Below, piece after piece: positions 1-9,700 of a stretch of 56,296 nucleotides of DNA. A model generated the notes under the pieces. It was not told where the DNA came from and did no database searches. It saw only the letters and a list, made by a program, of their open reading frames with translations. The stretch's first letter is position 1. Each line of letters starts with the position of its first letter. The stretch is from NCBI GenBank assembly GCA_002104905.1, contig MCFE01000580.1, positions 1 through 56,296 on the forward strand, given 5' to 3'. A program made the translations under genes and the position numbers. Source of the DNA: Basidiobolus meristosporus CBS 931.73. Taxonomy: Eukaryota; Fungi; Basidiobolomycota.

Positions 1-2
1 TG

Positions 3-701
3 GTGCCATCTGAAAGCCCTGACTTTCCTTATCACTATATGGTTGGCAGTCTGATGGTCTTCATGCTTGGAACACATCCAGATATCTCATATTCAGTGGG
101 AGTTGTCAGCCAACATAATCAGAACTATGGATCTGATCATATTGCAGCAGTTAAGCAGATTTTTAGATACCTAAAAGTAAGTGCTGATATCTGCTTAAGA
201 TACACTTATAAGGATTCAGAACAGGATCCTGTGGGATACTCTGATGCTGATTTGGGATGAAACTTGGAAGACAGACAATCCACTAAAGGATACACCTTTC
301 TTTACTGTAAAGGAGCAATTTCATGGAATTCAAGAAAGCAACCAACCATAACACTTTCAACCACAGAGGCAAAATATATGGCAGCCTGTGAAGCTACAAA
401 AGAAGCAATGTGGTTAAGAAAGCTTTTTGCAGATTTAGGCCTATCTCAAAAAATGCCTATTACTTTATTGCAGGATAATGAGGGATGTATACAATCAGGT
501 AGAAATACAACTTTTCATGCTTGAACTAGGCACATAGATATTAGACATTATATTATATGTGAGGCTATTGAGAATAACTTATTTAGCTTAGTTTACTCTC
601 CTTCAGATGAAATGATTACAGACATATTTACCAAACCATTAGCTAGAGACAAGTGTGAATATCTTAGGTCAAAATTAGGACTAGTGAGTATGAACATTTA
701 G
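3..701 (+). pseudogene. Copia pol fragment (RT C-terminus plus RNase H) with two in-frame TGA stops (258-260, 522-524), ending at TAG 699-701
   Basis: ORFs 3..260 and 264..524 share a frame and the homology continues past 524 to 701. Confidence 0.92.
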
Positions 702-703
702 CT

Positions 704-712
704 GAGTGGGAG
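704..712 (+). other. Polypurine tract (GAGTGGGAG) of the Copia element
   Basis: Purine-rich run between the pol stop codon and TGTTG at the LTR start. Confidence 0.8.
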
Positions 713-1062
713 TGTTGTAAAAATTGGTAATTCCACCTAAATATTCACCTAACTTAGTCACTAAGATCATTACCTTCAAATCCTAGAGAAAACTGACCAA
801 ATTCCTTGTTGGAATTTACTTAGAATGTTTTCACCAAAATACCAGGTACCCAGAACATGAAAATTCTCAAAGTTGTCCAAACAGCCCCAAACTTTGCACA
901 TATGCTCTTGGGACCTTCCTTAAACTATTCTGCGCGTTTGTTATGCCAAGACCATGTAAAAGTATAAATACCACTTTTACATTCAATAAATCATTAAGTG
1001 AAAACCACATAATCTACTTGTCCTCCCAAATCACTTCCAATATCTCCAAGACTCTTACAACA
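713..1062 (+). repeat. 3' LTR (350 bp), TGTTGTAA...TTACAACA
   Basis: Starts right after the PPT and has a perfect 8-bp terminal inverted repeat (713-720, 1055-1062). It contains TATAAATA (about 963) and AATAAA (about 985). Confidence 0.85.
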
Positions 1063-1653
1063 GAATTGAGAACCCATAGATGATTTGGGATATTGAGGGA
1101 AATGAGTAGTTAGCTCTTGGTGATCTACCGAGCAAGCTAAATAATTGTAAGGTAAATGACAACATATATGCCAAGTGGCAGGCAAATACAAAACCAGAAT
1201 GCATATCAAACGTATAGCCACTATCAAAGTATACGCTTTATCTAATTGGTGTGAATCATGATGCAAGATGAGAAAATGGTTGCCAAATTGAACCACTTAC
1301 CTAAAAATGTGAATTACACTTTAGGACTGCAATGGCAGAGATTTATAGCTTAACAAGTACTCGAACAGATTTTGATCCATCGATGGTTCATGTTTACGGA
1401 AATGCACAGTTTATGAGTACCTTGAGAGTGGTCAGCCATCCCTGCACATAGCTCTCCACTGCTAAGACCTTATATGATGCTTTGCAAAGTACTGTTCGAA
1501 GTAACGTACTTTATCAATTTATTCTATGCAGAGGTCCAGAGCACATACTGCCCTATGTGCTCCATCTCCCTTACAAGTTCATAATACGATTTACTGCCGA
1601 AAATTGAATACAGGACTTAGATAATAGAACGTTGACCATCTCCCACAACAGAA

Positions 1654-2553
1654 TTAATGGTTGGCCCACTCCGACAGCTCCTGATCGCCTGAATTCTTAT
1701 CCACCAAGCGTTGCTGCAGGAATTCCTCTAAAGATGTCGGTTTCCTGCCTAGCAAACGCTCGAGGTCCGGATAAACCTGTGCGCAGTCTCCACGCTCAAT
1801 AGATGTGTATGAGCTGATCCACCATTCAGCTAGCGCCCTCTTGTCAGCGTTGTGCTCCAGCCACTCAGAGTCGCTCACTTTACGAAAAGAAATTGGAATG
1901 CCCAGGTATGAAGATAGAAGATCAGTTGTTTCCTGCAATGTGTATGCTCTTGCGCCAGTCAATGTGACCGTCTGATTAGTATATTCGTTCCCGGCAATGA
2001 TTTTTGCTGTCGCCTCACCAAGCTCATTGCGGTCAGCAAAAGCAATGCGCCCATCCCCTGGAATTATCACTTCTCCTGATGAAGTCTCGAAAAACCCGAG
2101 ATAAGCAGGATAACTCTCCATATAGGAGCCTTCCCGGATGATAGTGTAGTCCACACCAGAGGACTTCAGGTAGTCTTCAGTGGCAAAGTGAGATCTCATG
2201 ACGCTGGCCACACTCCCATCGAGATACGCCAGCGAGGTGTAGTAAATATGTTTGATACCAGCTTTCTTGGCTGCATCTATTACTCCCATTTGTGTTTTGG
2301 TACGGTATTCGTCATCAATAGTGGGCAGCGAGATCAGTAGAAGTTTGTCACCTCCACTGAAAGTCGACATCAGGCCTTCCGGCTTATCAAAATTCCCAGG
2401 TCTAAGCTCCACGCCTTGACTCCGTAGGGTTTCATGCCCTTGAGGGTTATAGACTGATACGACGATATCCGACGGAGTGATTAACTTGAGGAGGTGCTTC
2501 AGAACAACTGAGCCCAATTTTCCGGTGGCTCCTGTCAGAATAACTTTTCCCAT
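1654..2553 (-). CDS. NmrA-like / atypical SDR NAD(P)-binding oxidoreductase (QorB/YtfG-like), intronless, 299 aa
   Basis: N-terminal ILTGATGKLG Rossmann motif, plus DKLLLIS, IDAAKKAGIKHIYYTS, H..TEDYLKSSG..YTIIR and LTG....T. Confidence 0.9.
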   Translation of the reverse strand: MGKVILTGATGKLGSVVLKHLLKLITPSDIVVSVYNPQGHETLRSQGVELRPGNFDKPEGLMSTFSGGDKLLLISLPTIDDEYRTKTQMGVIDAAKKAGIKHIYYTSLAYLDGSVASVMRSHFATEDYLKSSGVDYTIIREGSYMESYPAYLGFFETSSGEVIIPGDGRIAFADRNELGEATAKIIAGNEYTNQTVTLTGARAYTLQETTDLLSSYLGIPISFRKVSDSEWLEHNADKRALAEWWISSYTSIERGDCAQVYPDLERLLGRKPTSLEEFLQQRLVDKNSGDQELSEWANH

Positions 2554-3219
2554 TGCTATTTCAATTTCTGGTAGTATCTCTCAGCAAGCGACTTCAATTT
2601 ATATCCTTCCAATGCTTGTAGATGGCACATCCTCATCTGGCTTACAAATGATTTTTCTACCTGTTGCTTAGAAATGCTAGGTCGATATCATGTGTAATGA
2701 CAACCTAGCGCTTCTGCGGATTTACATTGCAATAGCATGTCATGCGGGAACAGCTCAGCTGCTGGAGATGGAACGGATTAAGCAAATCAAATCCATCAGC
2801 ATTATGGTTGTGATTGTTCCAAGTATCGAGCCTGACCTTCGCCAATCCCAACCAAAATTGGAAATAACCTTTGCACAATGAATCATGAAAATTGCGTATG
2901 CTTTGGAGGATAGCCGTGTTGGGTTGCACGGTGACAAAAAAGAAGCATGGATTTGTCAGGATTTCCGATATGGCATATTGGCCCTCCCATATTGTAAAGC
3001 AACACGATGCATTAAAAGCAGTATTCTAACAGTGTAGCAGGAAAACTATTCTTCACAAGAATCCATGATCTCCTCTCCAAATCCTCGTGTAAGCACTCCA
3101 AAAACTTGACAATATTTCCACATAACTTTATTTATATAAGATATAGATGGCCCAATTCTTTATATATCGCCCAAATGCCGACTACAATAACTTATCGAGC
3201 TGGTAGGCGTAGTACATTA

Positions 3220-5712
3220 TCACATGTCGACGTGAGAGTTCACGGTCAGTGCACCAAAGCCACGCAATGAAATGACTGCCCAATCTGGCATGGAGTTTTT
3301 GAAGCCCTCGAAGGCGGGTAGATGCTTTGCGAAATCATCATAATAGCATTGGATAGCGACTGGATGTACTTCGTCTTTCATACTTATTATGCTGAAGGAA
3401 ATAGTCTTTTCAAACCCTCTCTTGAATATGTAGGCCTTGCTTCCACTGAGGTCATCCTGAACCAAATCACCATTGATATAGTACTTCTCGGTCGGGTCGA
3501 AGTCCAATTGGAGACTACATGTACGTGTTTCAGGAGCGAAAATAGAAAGCTCTATTTCACGCTCCCCATTAGAACGGAGACTTCTGCTTACTTGGGTAGT
3601 GATAGGTGATTGCTCACCATTCAACTTTGAGAAGTAAGGTCTAGCCGTGGTGTTCCAGTTGCACTCATATATGCTAGCATCGAGGTGGCAGTGCATGTTG
3701 GAACCGGTTGATTGAGTTTTTTCTAACAGCTCAGGCAAATTACAGGCTGACCTCAGCGTAACCCAGCTGTTGCCGGTTGACGGCTCGTAGTAGGCATTAT
3801 GGAATACCCGGATCGGTGCTCCGGAATTGTAAGGGAAGAAGGATCCGCATAGGACAGCCAGTATCAAGACCAAAATCGTAAGCAATCCCAGCAAGTTGGG
3901 GAATGCATCTCCTCTCTGTAACCATGGGATTACACATAACATGCAGGTGGCAAATCCAATGGAAAACAGTACATAGACCATGAAGGCCGGTGTTCCATCC
4001 GCCACAGTCTGGGAGGTAGCATCGACCAGAATGCTGACAATATCGATAATTAGGAGAAGCGGGGGTATGCAGCTGATCAGCATTCGTAAAGGCCAGATCC
4101 ATGCTCGAATAAGGCTGGGCTTACTCCAATTGCCCCAGCGAAACTCGGCCCCCTCAAGTAAGTAGATCCCTACAAAGTGGGCTAGCGTAAGCCATGAAAT
4201 GTAGTAGAAGACACCTAGCCCGTAAACACTGGCAACAAGTGCAATCAGTGTAGAGCACCACCACACGATCATCATCCCATGAAATGCGAGGCGGTCTCGA
4301 CTCAGATTAGACTTGAGGACAAAAGAACTGCCTGTATGTCTGCTTTCCACCCATCTCCATATCCATTGGGCCATGGCATACCCCCATACGGTTGTTGCAG
4401 TGAATGTGGTTATCACTAAGGTCGGCTGTCCATACACGACATTTCCATTCACCTTGGCCAGGCAAAATCCAAATAGCACGTTGCAAAGGATGCCAAAGAT
4501 GATGGTCAAAGATACAGCAACGAATGACCTCAAAAGTGGCAAGACAAACACTTTGAAGGTGAGTCGATGGCTCTTCCCGGTATTTTGCCGCTTCATGCTT
4601 CGGTATCCACGATAATAGAACAATGGAATGTAGATTAGGATGAATACGTTCAGTCCAATGTACCACTTGAAGCTATGTACCACCGTGATTTTTCCCACGA
4701 TATCGTAATGGATAGCTAGTTGTGTGGGCTGCGTTGGGTCCCTGTAGAGATACTCGGAATTGGCTAACGACCTGGTGGTAGCAAGGGTAACATCTCCCAT
4801 TTGCTGTACGGAGCGAGGGGAAGTGGTATTCAGGTTGTCGAGTAGGGTGTGATAGTGGGATCGCCGCTTGTAAAAAGCAATATCTAAGCCAGGAATATTG
4901 TGCTTATAAGCGTAAATTTGGAAGTCGGTGCTTGACTTGATCAGGCCTAATTTAAAAACGTCGTTTGCGATAACCGAGGTATGAGGAAATGGTGAGTGGG
5001 AATAGAATTGGTTCAGTGGCAGGTCCGAAGAGCGAAACACCATCGATTTCCCTCCCGCACCAGCACCCTCCAGGTTGATAAAGGCACGAACATCCTTAGC
5101 CCAAGGATGTGCCATAAAGCCCTCACTGCCAAGAAGCCCCGTTTCCTCGCAGTTGTTGAGATTCAGAATGACAGTATCGGCAATGGGTTTTTCGATTAGA
5201 ATACGTGCAACCTCTAAGGCAACCACCACCCCAATTCCGTTGTCTGTAACGCCGTGACTGAAGGGCACTGTATCGAAATGAGCAGAGAGTAACAGGGCTT
5301 CACGACGCTTTTTAGTTCCTTCGATACGTAACAGAAGGTTAGTGGATTCAAAGTAACGCCAGCCGGTATAAGGCCCTCCACCCAAACTAAACCCAGTATA
5401 GGTGGTGTTCTCATGTAGATCCAGCTCAATCTTACGGTTTAGGGCCTTTCCCTTTTCGGAGAGCTCCAGCAATACACCGCTTAAATACTCTCGGGCTTTC
5501 AGATTTGTTTCGGAGTTAAAGGGGTGGGGTTCGTTGGAAAATTGTTCAAGTTGCTTCCAGGCCCTTAAAGCTGAGAACTCGCTTTCTTCGTTCTCTGGCA
5601 CTGCATCAGGGAGACTCTCCCGAAGGTGCAGTACTATAGTCAGTGTCGCTGTGTACACCAATATCAGGAAAGAGTACACAATAAGCGCGGTTTTGTTGGG
5701 AAGGAGTCTCAT
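3220..5712 (-). CDS. PFF1: M28 family membrane metallopeptidase (Pff1/ERMP1-like), intronless, 830 aa
   Basis: N-terminal TM, Zn-ligand motifs SAHFD, DNG, NNCEE, NLEGAG and YHT, then about 8 TM helices and a C-terminal lumenal domain. Confidence 0.9.
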   Translation of the reverse strand: MRLLPNKTALIVYSFLILVYTATLTIVLHLRESLPDAVPENEESEFSALRAWKQLEQFSNEPHPFNSETNLKAREYLSGVLLELSEKGKALNRKIELDLHENTTYTGFSLGGGPYTGWRYFESTNLLLRIEGTKKRREALLLSAHFDTVPFSHGVTDNGIGVVVALEVARILIEKPIADTVILNLNNCEETGLLGSEGFMAHPWAKDVRAFINLEGAGAGGKSMVFRSSDLPLNQFYSHSPFPHTSVIANDVFKLGLIKSSTDFQIYAYKHNIPGLDIAFYKRRSHYHTLLDNLNTTSPRSVQQMGDVTLATTRSLANSEYLYRDPTQPTQLAIHYDIVGKITVVHSFKWYIGLNVFILIYIPLFYYRGYRSMKRQNTGKSHRLTFKVFVLPLLRSFVAVSLTIIFGILCNVLFGFCLAKVNGNVVYGQPTLVITTFTATTVWGYAMAQWIWRWVESRHTGSSFVLKSNLSRDRLAFHGMMIVWWCSTLIALVASVYGLGVFYYISWLTLAHFVGIYLLEGAEFRWGNWSKPSLIRAWIWPLRMLISCIPPLLLIIDIVSILVDATSQTVADGTPAFMVYVLFSIGFATCMLCVIPWLQRGDAFPNLLGLLTILVLILAVLCGSFFPYNSGAPIRVFHNAYYEPSTGNSWVTLRSACNLPELLEKTQSTGSNMHCHLDASIYECNWNTTARPYFSKLNGEQSPITTQVSRSLRSNGEREIELSIFAPETRTCSLQLDFDPTEKYYINGDLVQDDLSGSKAYIFKRGFEKTISFSIISMKDEVHPVAIQCYYDDFAKHLPAFEGFKNSMPDWAVISLRGFGALTVNSHVDM

Positions 5713-7021
5713 GTTGATACGGACTGCTTCCCATGCCCATTATTTGTAGTTGAAATAAATGGGCAATCTGTGTATGACGAAGCCCAGCAATTCCCATATT
5801 CGTCAACGAAGCAGGATGTCACAAGTGCTAATGCCGAGAAATTGCCCGGTAATCCCGATCAATAGAGCAGCCCCAATCAGATAGTTTACACGTGTTCAAA
5901 GTTCTCAGAGAAATAGGAAAATCTCTGAGGGATTTATTGAGGCAGAGATTATGTGGAAGTTAATGACAGAACAGCTAATGAATAAGATTAATCAACTTCG
6001 GATGGTCTTCTATCACAGCAGCGTTTCTCAACATCTGGAACCGGTACACCTATTACCATGCTAGCCATGACTAAAGCCAAGGACACTGTAGCAAGGAGAC
6101 GGAAATTCATCTTGCAAGGACGGTATGTGTTACGCGAAGGTGCACGAGTGGATGTGGGAACAGGTTGAGATTTACTCTGAGAAGAGGAGAATGCTCGAAG
6201 AATGTGTTTGAAGAATATTTGATCCCAGGTGGCTTTTTATAAATGCGGGCGATATATAGCTGGGCACAATGATAAGTGTAATGAGCCAACACATACATTA
6301 CAATAGCTATAACCTGAACTCAGGTACCAACTACTTCTCCTTGATCAGGTGGCGGAGCCCAGATGTATTGGAAATTTGGTTTTATAGTGCTCATCGATCA
6401 TTTTCTATTTATGGTTAAAGTTCAGGCAGTCATGTCGGCAGAAAGGAAGTCTTCGCTGATTGTTTTCTTTGGGATATCTTTGTAGATCTGCTTATGCCTC
6501 TATGGGGATCTACCTGATGATTGACGTCGCTTGATGTTTTCTTCAGGAAAAGGAACAAATTGTCCACTACACACACAAACTGATCATGTACATTTGCATT
6601 GCTTTGATTATGCCATGCCGACCAATTTCTTGAGGATTGGGAAGTTGCGACTTCTCCTTCTCTGCTCGGTGTCTTACCACGCTACAGTATATAGCACACA
6701 CGTAATTGGACCGGTTTCCATCATCCACGTAACATTCAGCGGATTAGGCCCTTAGTCGTAAGAAATGCCTGAACGGGTTCTGAATGCAGGGTGGTATGTA
6801 TAGTCTGGCTGATGCACCCAGACGCATTCAAATGCGACCCTATGTATTTGACGGGGGATTGAATGAGCATGTACAACATTCCAAATACGGCCACTTATTT
6901 GGTGACGTTCTTTATCTGAAGGAGGTGGATATGGCAATTAGGCTCAACCTACATATTACGGTGGTTCTATTCAATTCGATGCAAGTATGCACATCTGTAC
7001 ACGGTTGGGTTCTTTTGCAAG

Positions 7022-7831
7022 TCAGGCAGAACTTTTGAAAATTCCCGCAACCCCGTTAGTGGTGAGCTCTGTTTCAGTTGTGTCTTCAACTTTTGCCGAT
7101 GAAGAATAATCCACCACCAATGCGCTGACGTTCAAATCAAAGCAGCAAAGCAGCAGGCATTCCTTATCGAGCAGATCGGGTTTAGCCAGACAGACCACCA
7201 GATTAGTAACAGTGAACAAAAGCGCTACTATTGATGCGAAGAGGACGCGTTTGGCCAAGTTCTTGAACCTCGCCCTATACGGAGACCATTTGGTGGTAAC
7301 GCATATGGGAATGACGAACAACAAGGTGAGGTACAGGTTTAGCGTTGAATCGAAGACCAGCAGTGCAGTGGTAGTAAAGAAACTAAAACGCAGTTGGCAG
7401 CCAGCACTGCTTCGTTGGTGAGTATCATAAACGATGACGGTAACCATCAGGGAGAAGCATAGTAAGATAAGAAATCCATGGAACCAATATAGCTTGAATC
7501 GTAGGCGTGAAGTGTAATTCCCTCTGATGATGTACACTCGCTCCATGAAATACATGTAGGTGATGTTTTTCGTTCCCAGGTAGCATACTGGGCAGATCCA
7601 GGCGAATATCTGACATGACTGGACAACCGTCTGGTTGACGTAGAGCATCGTGACTGCCATGAAATTGAAGATTGCCGTACAGACCAGGATCGCTAGAATG
7701 AGAACATAGATGTATGATAGCATCATCCATTTCCCAAGACGTCGGCCGATATTCACAGACACTACACATAAGCAGACCAAGAAGATGCTCTGACATAAAA
7801 GAAAGTAGCTACTGAAACTGATTTCTGTCAT
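7022..7831 (-). CDS. Orphan 7TM receptor-like membrane protein, 269 aa
   Basis: Seven hydrophobic segments, Cys at the top of TM3 (SCQIF) and in ECL2 (AGCQL), ERV at the cytoplasmic end of TM3, and an NQT sequon in ECL1. Confidence 0.75.
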   Translation of the reverse strand: MTEISFSSYFLLCQSIFLVCLCVVSVNIGRRLGKWMMLSYIYVLILAILVCTAIFNFMAVTMLYVNQTVVQSCQIFAWICPVCYLGTKNITYMYFMERVYIIRGNYTSRLRFKLYWFHGFLILLCFSLMVTVIVYDTHQRSSAGCQLRFSFFTTTALLVFDSTLNLYLTLLFVIPICVTTKWSPYRARFKNLAKRVLFASIVALLFTVTNLVVCLAKPDLLDKECLLLCCFDLNVSALVVDYSSSAKVEDTTETELTTNGVAGIFKSSA

Positions 7832-8533
7832 TTGGCTGAGGACTATACATGGGAGATGTAGCGTGCGATAAGGATCGAGTTAAATACCTGGGTGCTGACA
7901 CAACCATCTCAACAGTGATTTGGCAAGAGCTCCTTTGTTGTACTTCGATTTACCTGGGAAAGAGCCTCGCACTGATTTACTACGAAACCAAGTGTACATT
8001 GCTACAGTCTGACGGAAATCATTGGTGAAGTCTAGAACTTGTAAAACCTCATTCCATATCCGACCCGACATGATTGCCTGTTTGACTGGCCATTCATGAG
8101 CAGCGGTGGTTTTGGCAACAGAAAAAGTTGATATGAATTGTTGAAAGTCAAGACCAATCCTTGGGAGTTGTGGGGCTGTTTGGTTGATTGGTTTTATTAA
8201 TACTGACTGGCCGAATCCTTTTCTGCCAGTGCTAAGGCCCGTGAGCACATCGATTGTGGACATATCTCCGAATTCGCAACATATGTAAGCCTGCAGATAA
8301 ATTCTTGAATGCTCCAGTAATTTATGCCTTTCAGATATCATATTACCAATTGTAGGTGTTGAGCCTATTGTTCCCCCCATCGCTTGCACCTATATAACCT
8401 TGTGGTTTGCCATGATAGCACGACAAGTACTTTCTCTACTTCCTTCTCTCGGTCCATTCAGCGCTCAAGGCCTCTGCCAATCTTAGACCATCGACATTTG
8501 CCCGCACAAGCCCGTAGTCTCCACTTTACATCA

Positions 8534-9700
8534 ATGAAGCTTTCCGCCATTGCCCTGCTGTGCGCCATAAGTATGATCGACGTGATTGGCATGACCATTC
8601 CGAATACAGTTGAATCCAATCAAGTGGCAGCTGCCTCTAGGTTCCAGAAGAGATACAATGATAGATGGAATGGACCAGACGACCTTCGACCCAATCGCAG
8701 GCCGTCTCCCAAGGATGGCAGAGGGAAGGAAGATAGTAAGAAAGACACCGAGAGTACTACTCCCAATCCAGACAGAAAAGACCCGAAAACTCAATTCCCA
8801 GGACCTGACACACAGCCATTGAATCAAGAATCATTCCCAAACGACAAGCCAATGGATGCTCCCAAGGGCGATTCAAGCCAGGTGACGGGAAATCGCAAAG
8901 ATGATGCTTCCCAAAAGACAGATGGTGTGCAACCGAAGTCAGACATTGACTCAAAGAAAGATGGCGATGCCAAGACAGCTCCAAAGGATGCTCAGAACCA
9001 TCCTCTACGTGTCGAAGGCCCCAAAAATACACCTAAGACTGATACACCTGGCACCCATGATTCGTCTAAAGATGCTACCAATGATACCAAAAAACCTGAT
9101 GAGCCTTCAGCTCCCGGAGGCTCTTCGAAGAAGGATGACTTAGGAAACTCATCGATTCCAAGGCAAGGGACCCCAATGGAAGAGATCAAGTCTCCAAAAG
9201 ACTCAGCAAAGCAAGGAGTCGACCAGGCTGGGAAAGCTAAGGAAGATCATACGCCCGACAACAAACCCGGTACTGATGGCCAGAGCAAAGGAAAAGATCA
9301 GGTGTTGGAAAAAGCTCAGGAGGTGTCACAAGGCAAATCTCAAGACCCGTTACATGACAACAGCAAGGACAGTAATCCTGCAGCCCCCAAGGACTCTCGC
9401 TTTCCACAACGACCGGCCACCGACTTCCCTCCCAAGATCAGCTCCATCAGAAATGATCATATCACTCGCTCCCAGTGCCAAGACATCAAGGTTCACGCTA
9501 GAGCATTAGGCATTGACGTGGATGCTGTTGTGTGCATCGGTGGCCTAGTCAAAGTGTTCCTTGATGTGGATGTGGATGGGATCCTGAACTCGCAACGGAA
9601 GAAGAGAGAGACCTGCAGAGATATTGTAGCACATGCTGAAGTCCTTGGCATAAGGGCAGATGCAGTAGTTTGTCTAGACGGATTACTCAGACTCAATTAG
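8534..9700 (+). CDS. Secreted precursor protein, 388 aa: signal peptide, KR site, long K/D/P/S-rich disordered region, two C-terminal C-x18-C repeats separated by KKR
   Basis: ATG 8534 begins MKLSAIALLCAISMIDVIG; FQKR follows the pro-region. Repeats are CQDIKVHARALGIDVDAVVC and CRDIVAHAEVLGIRADAVVC. Confidence 0.85.
   Translation: MKLSAIALLCAISMIDVIGMTIPNTVESNQVAAASRFQKRYNDRWNGPDDLRPNRRPSPKDGRGKEDSKKDTESTTPNPDRKDPKTQFPGPDTQPLNQESFPNDKPMDAPKGDSSQVTGNRKDDASQKTDGVQPKSDIDSKKDGDAKTAPKDAQNHPLRVEGPKNTPKTDTPGTHDSSKDATNDTKKPDEPSAPGGSSKKDDLGNSSIPRQGTPMEEIKSPKDSAKQGVDQAGKAKEDHTPDNKPGTDGQSKGKDQVLEKAQEVSQGKSQDPLHDNSKDSNPAAPKDSRFPQRPATDFPPKISSIRNDHITRSQCQDIKVHARALGIDVDAVVCIGGLVKVFLDVDVDGILNSQRKKRETCRDIVAHAEVLGIRADAVVCLDGLLRLN

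Larger units (their letters stand above)
1..1062 (+). mobile_element. 3' part of a degenerate Ty1/Copia LTR retrotransposon (end of RT, RNase H, PPT, 3' LTR); truncated by the window start
   Basis: One frame from 3 to 701 reads YHYMVGSLM..THPDISYSVG..GYSDADLG*..RQSTKGY..ISWNSRKQ..LSTTEAKYMA..DNEGCI..FHA*TRHIDIRHY..DIFTKPL..LRSKLGL. These are Copia RT/RNase H motifs, followed by a PPT and a TG...CA LTR. Confidence 0.95.

Noticed and set aside
713-857. Shorter LTR ending at AGAACA 857
   Set aside because: The 8-bp inverted-repeat end at 1062, and CpG depletion continuing to there, fit much better.
1119-1610. Protein-like frame with four stops just after the LTR (possible decayed gene)
   Set aside because: No recognisable motif, and the stop density is not convincingly below chance.
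6752-8100. Peptide SGRIWN appears in two minus-strand ORFs (6752..6937 and 7880..8389)
   Set aside because: The underlying DNA differs and there is no flanking similarity; coincidence.
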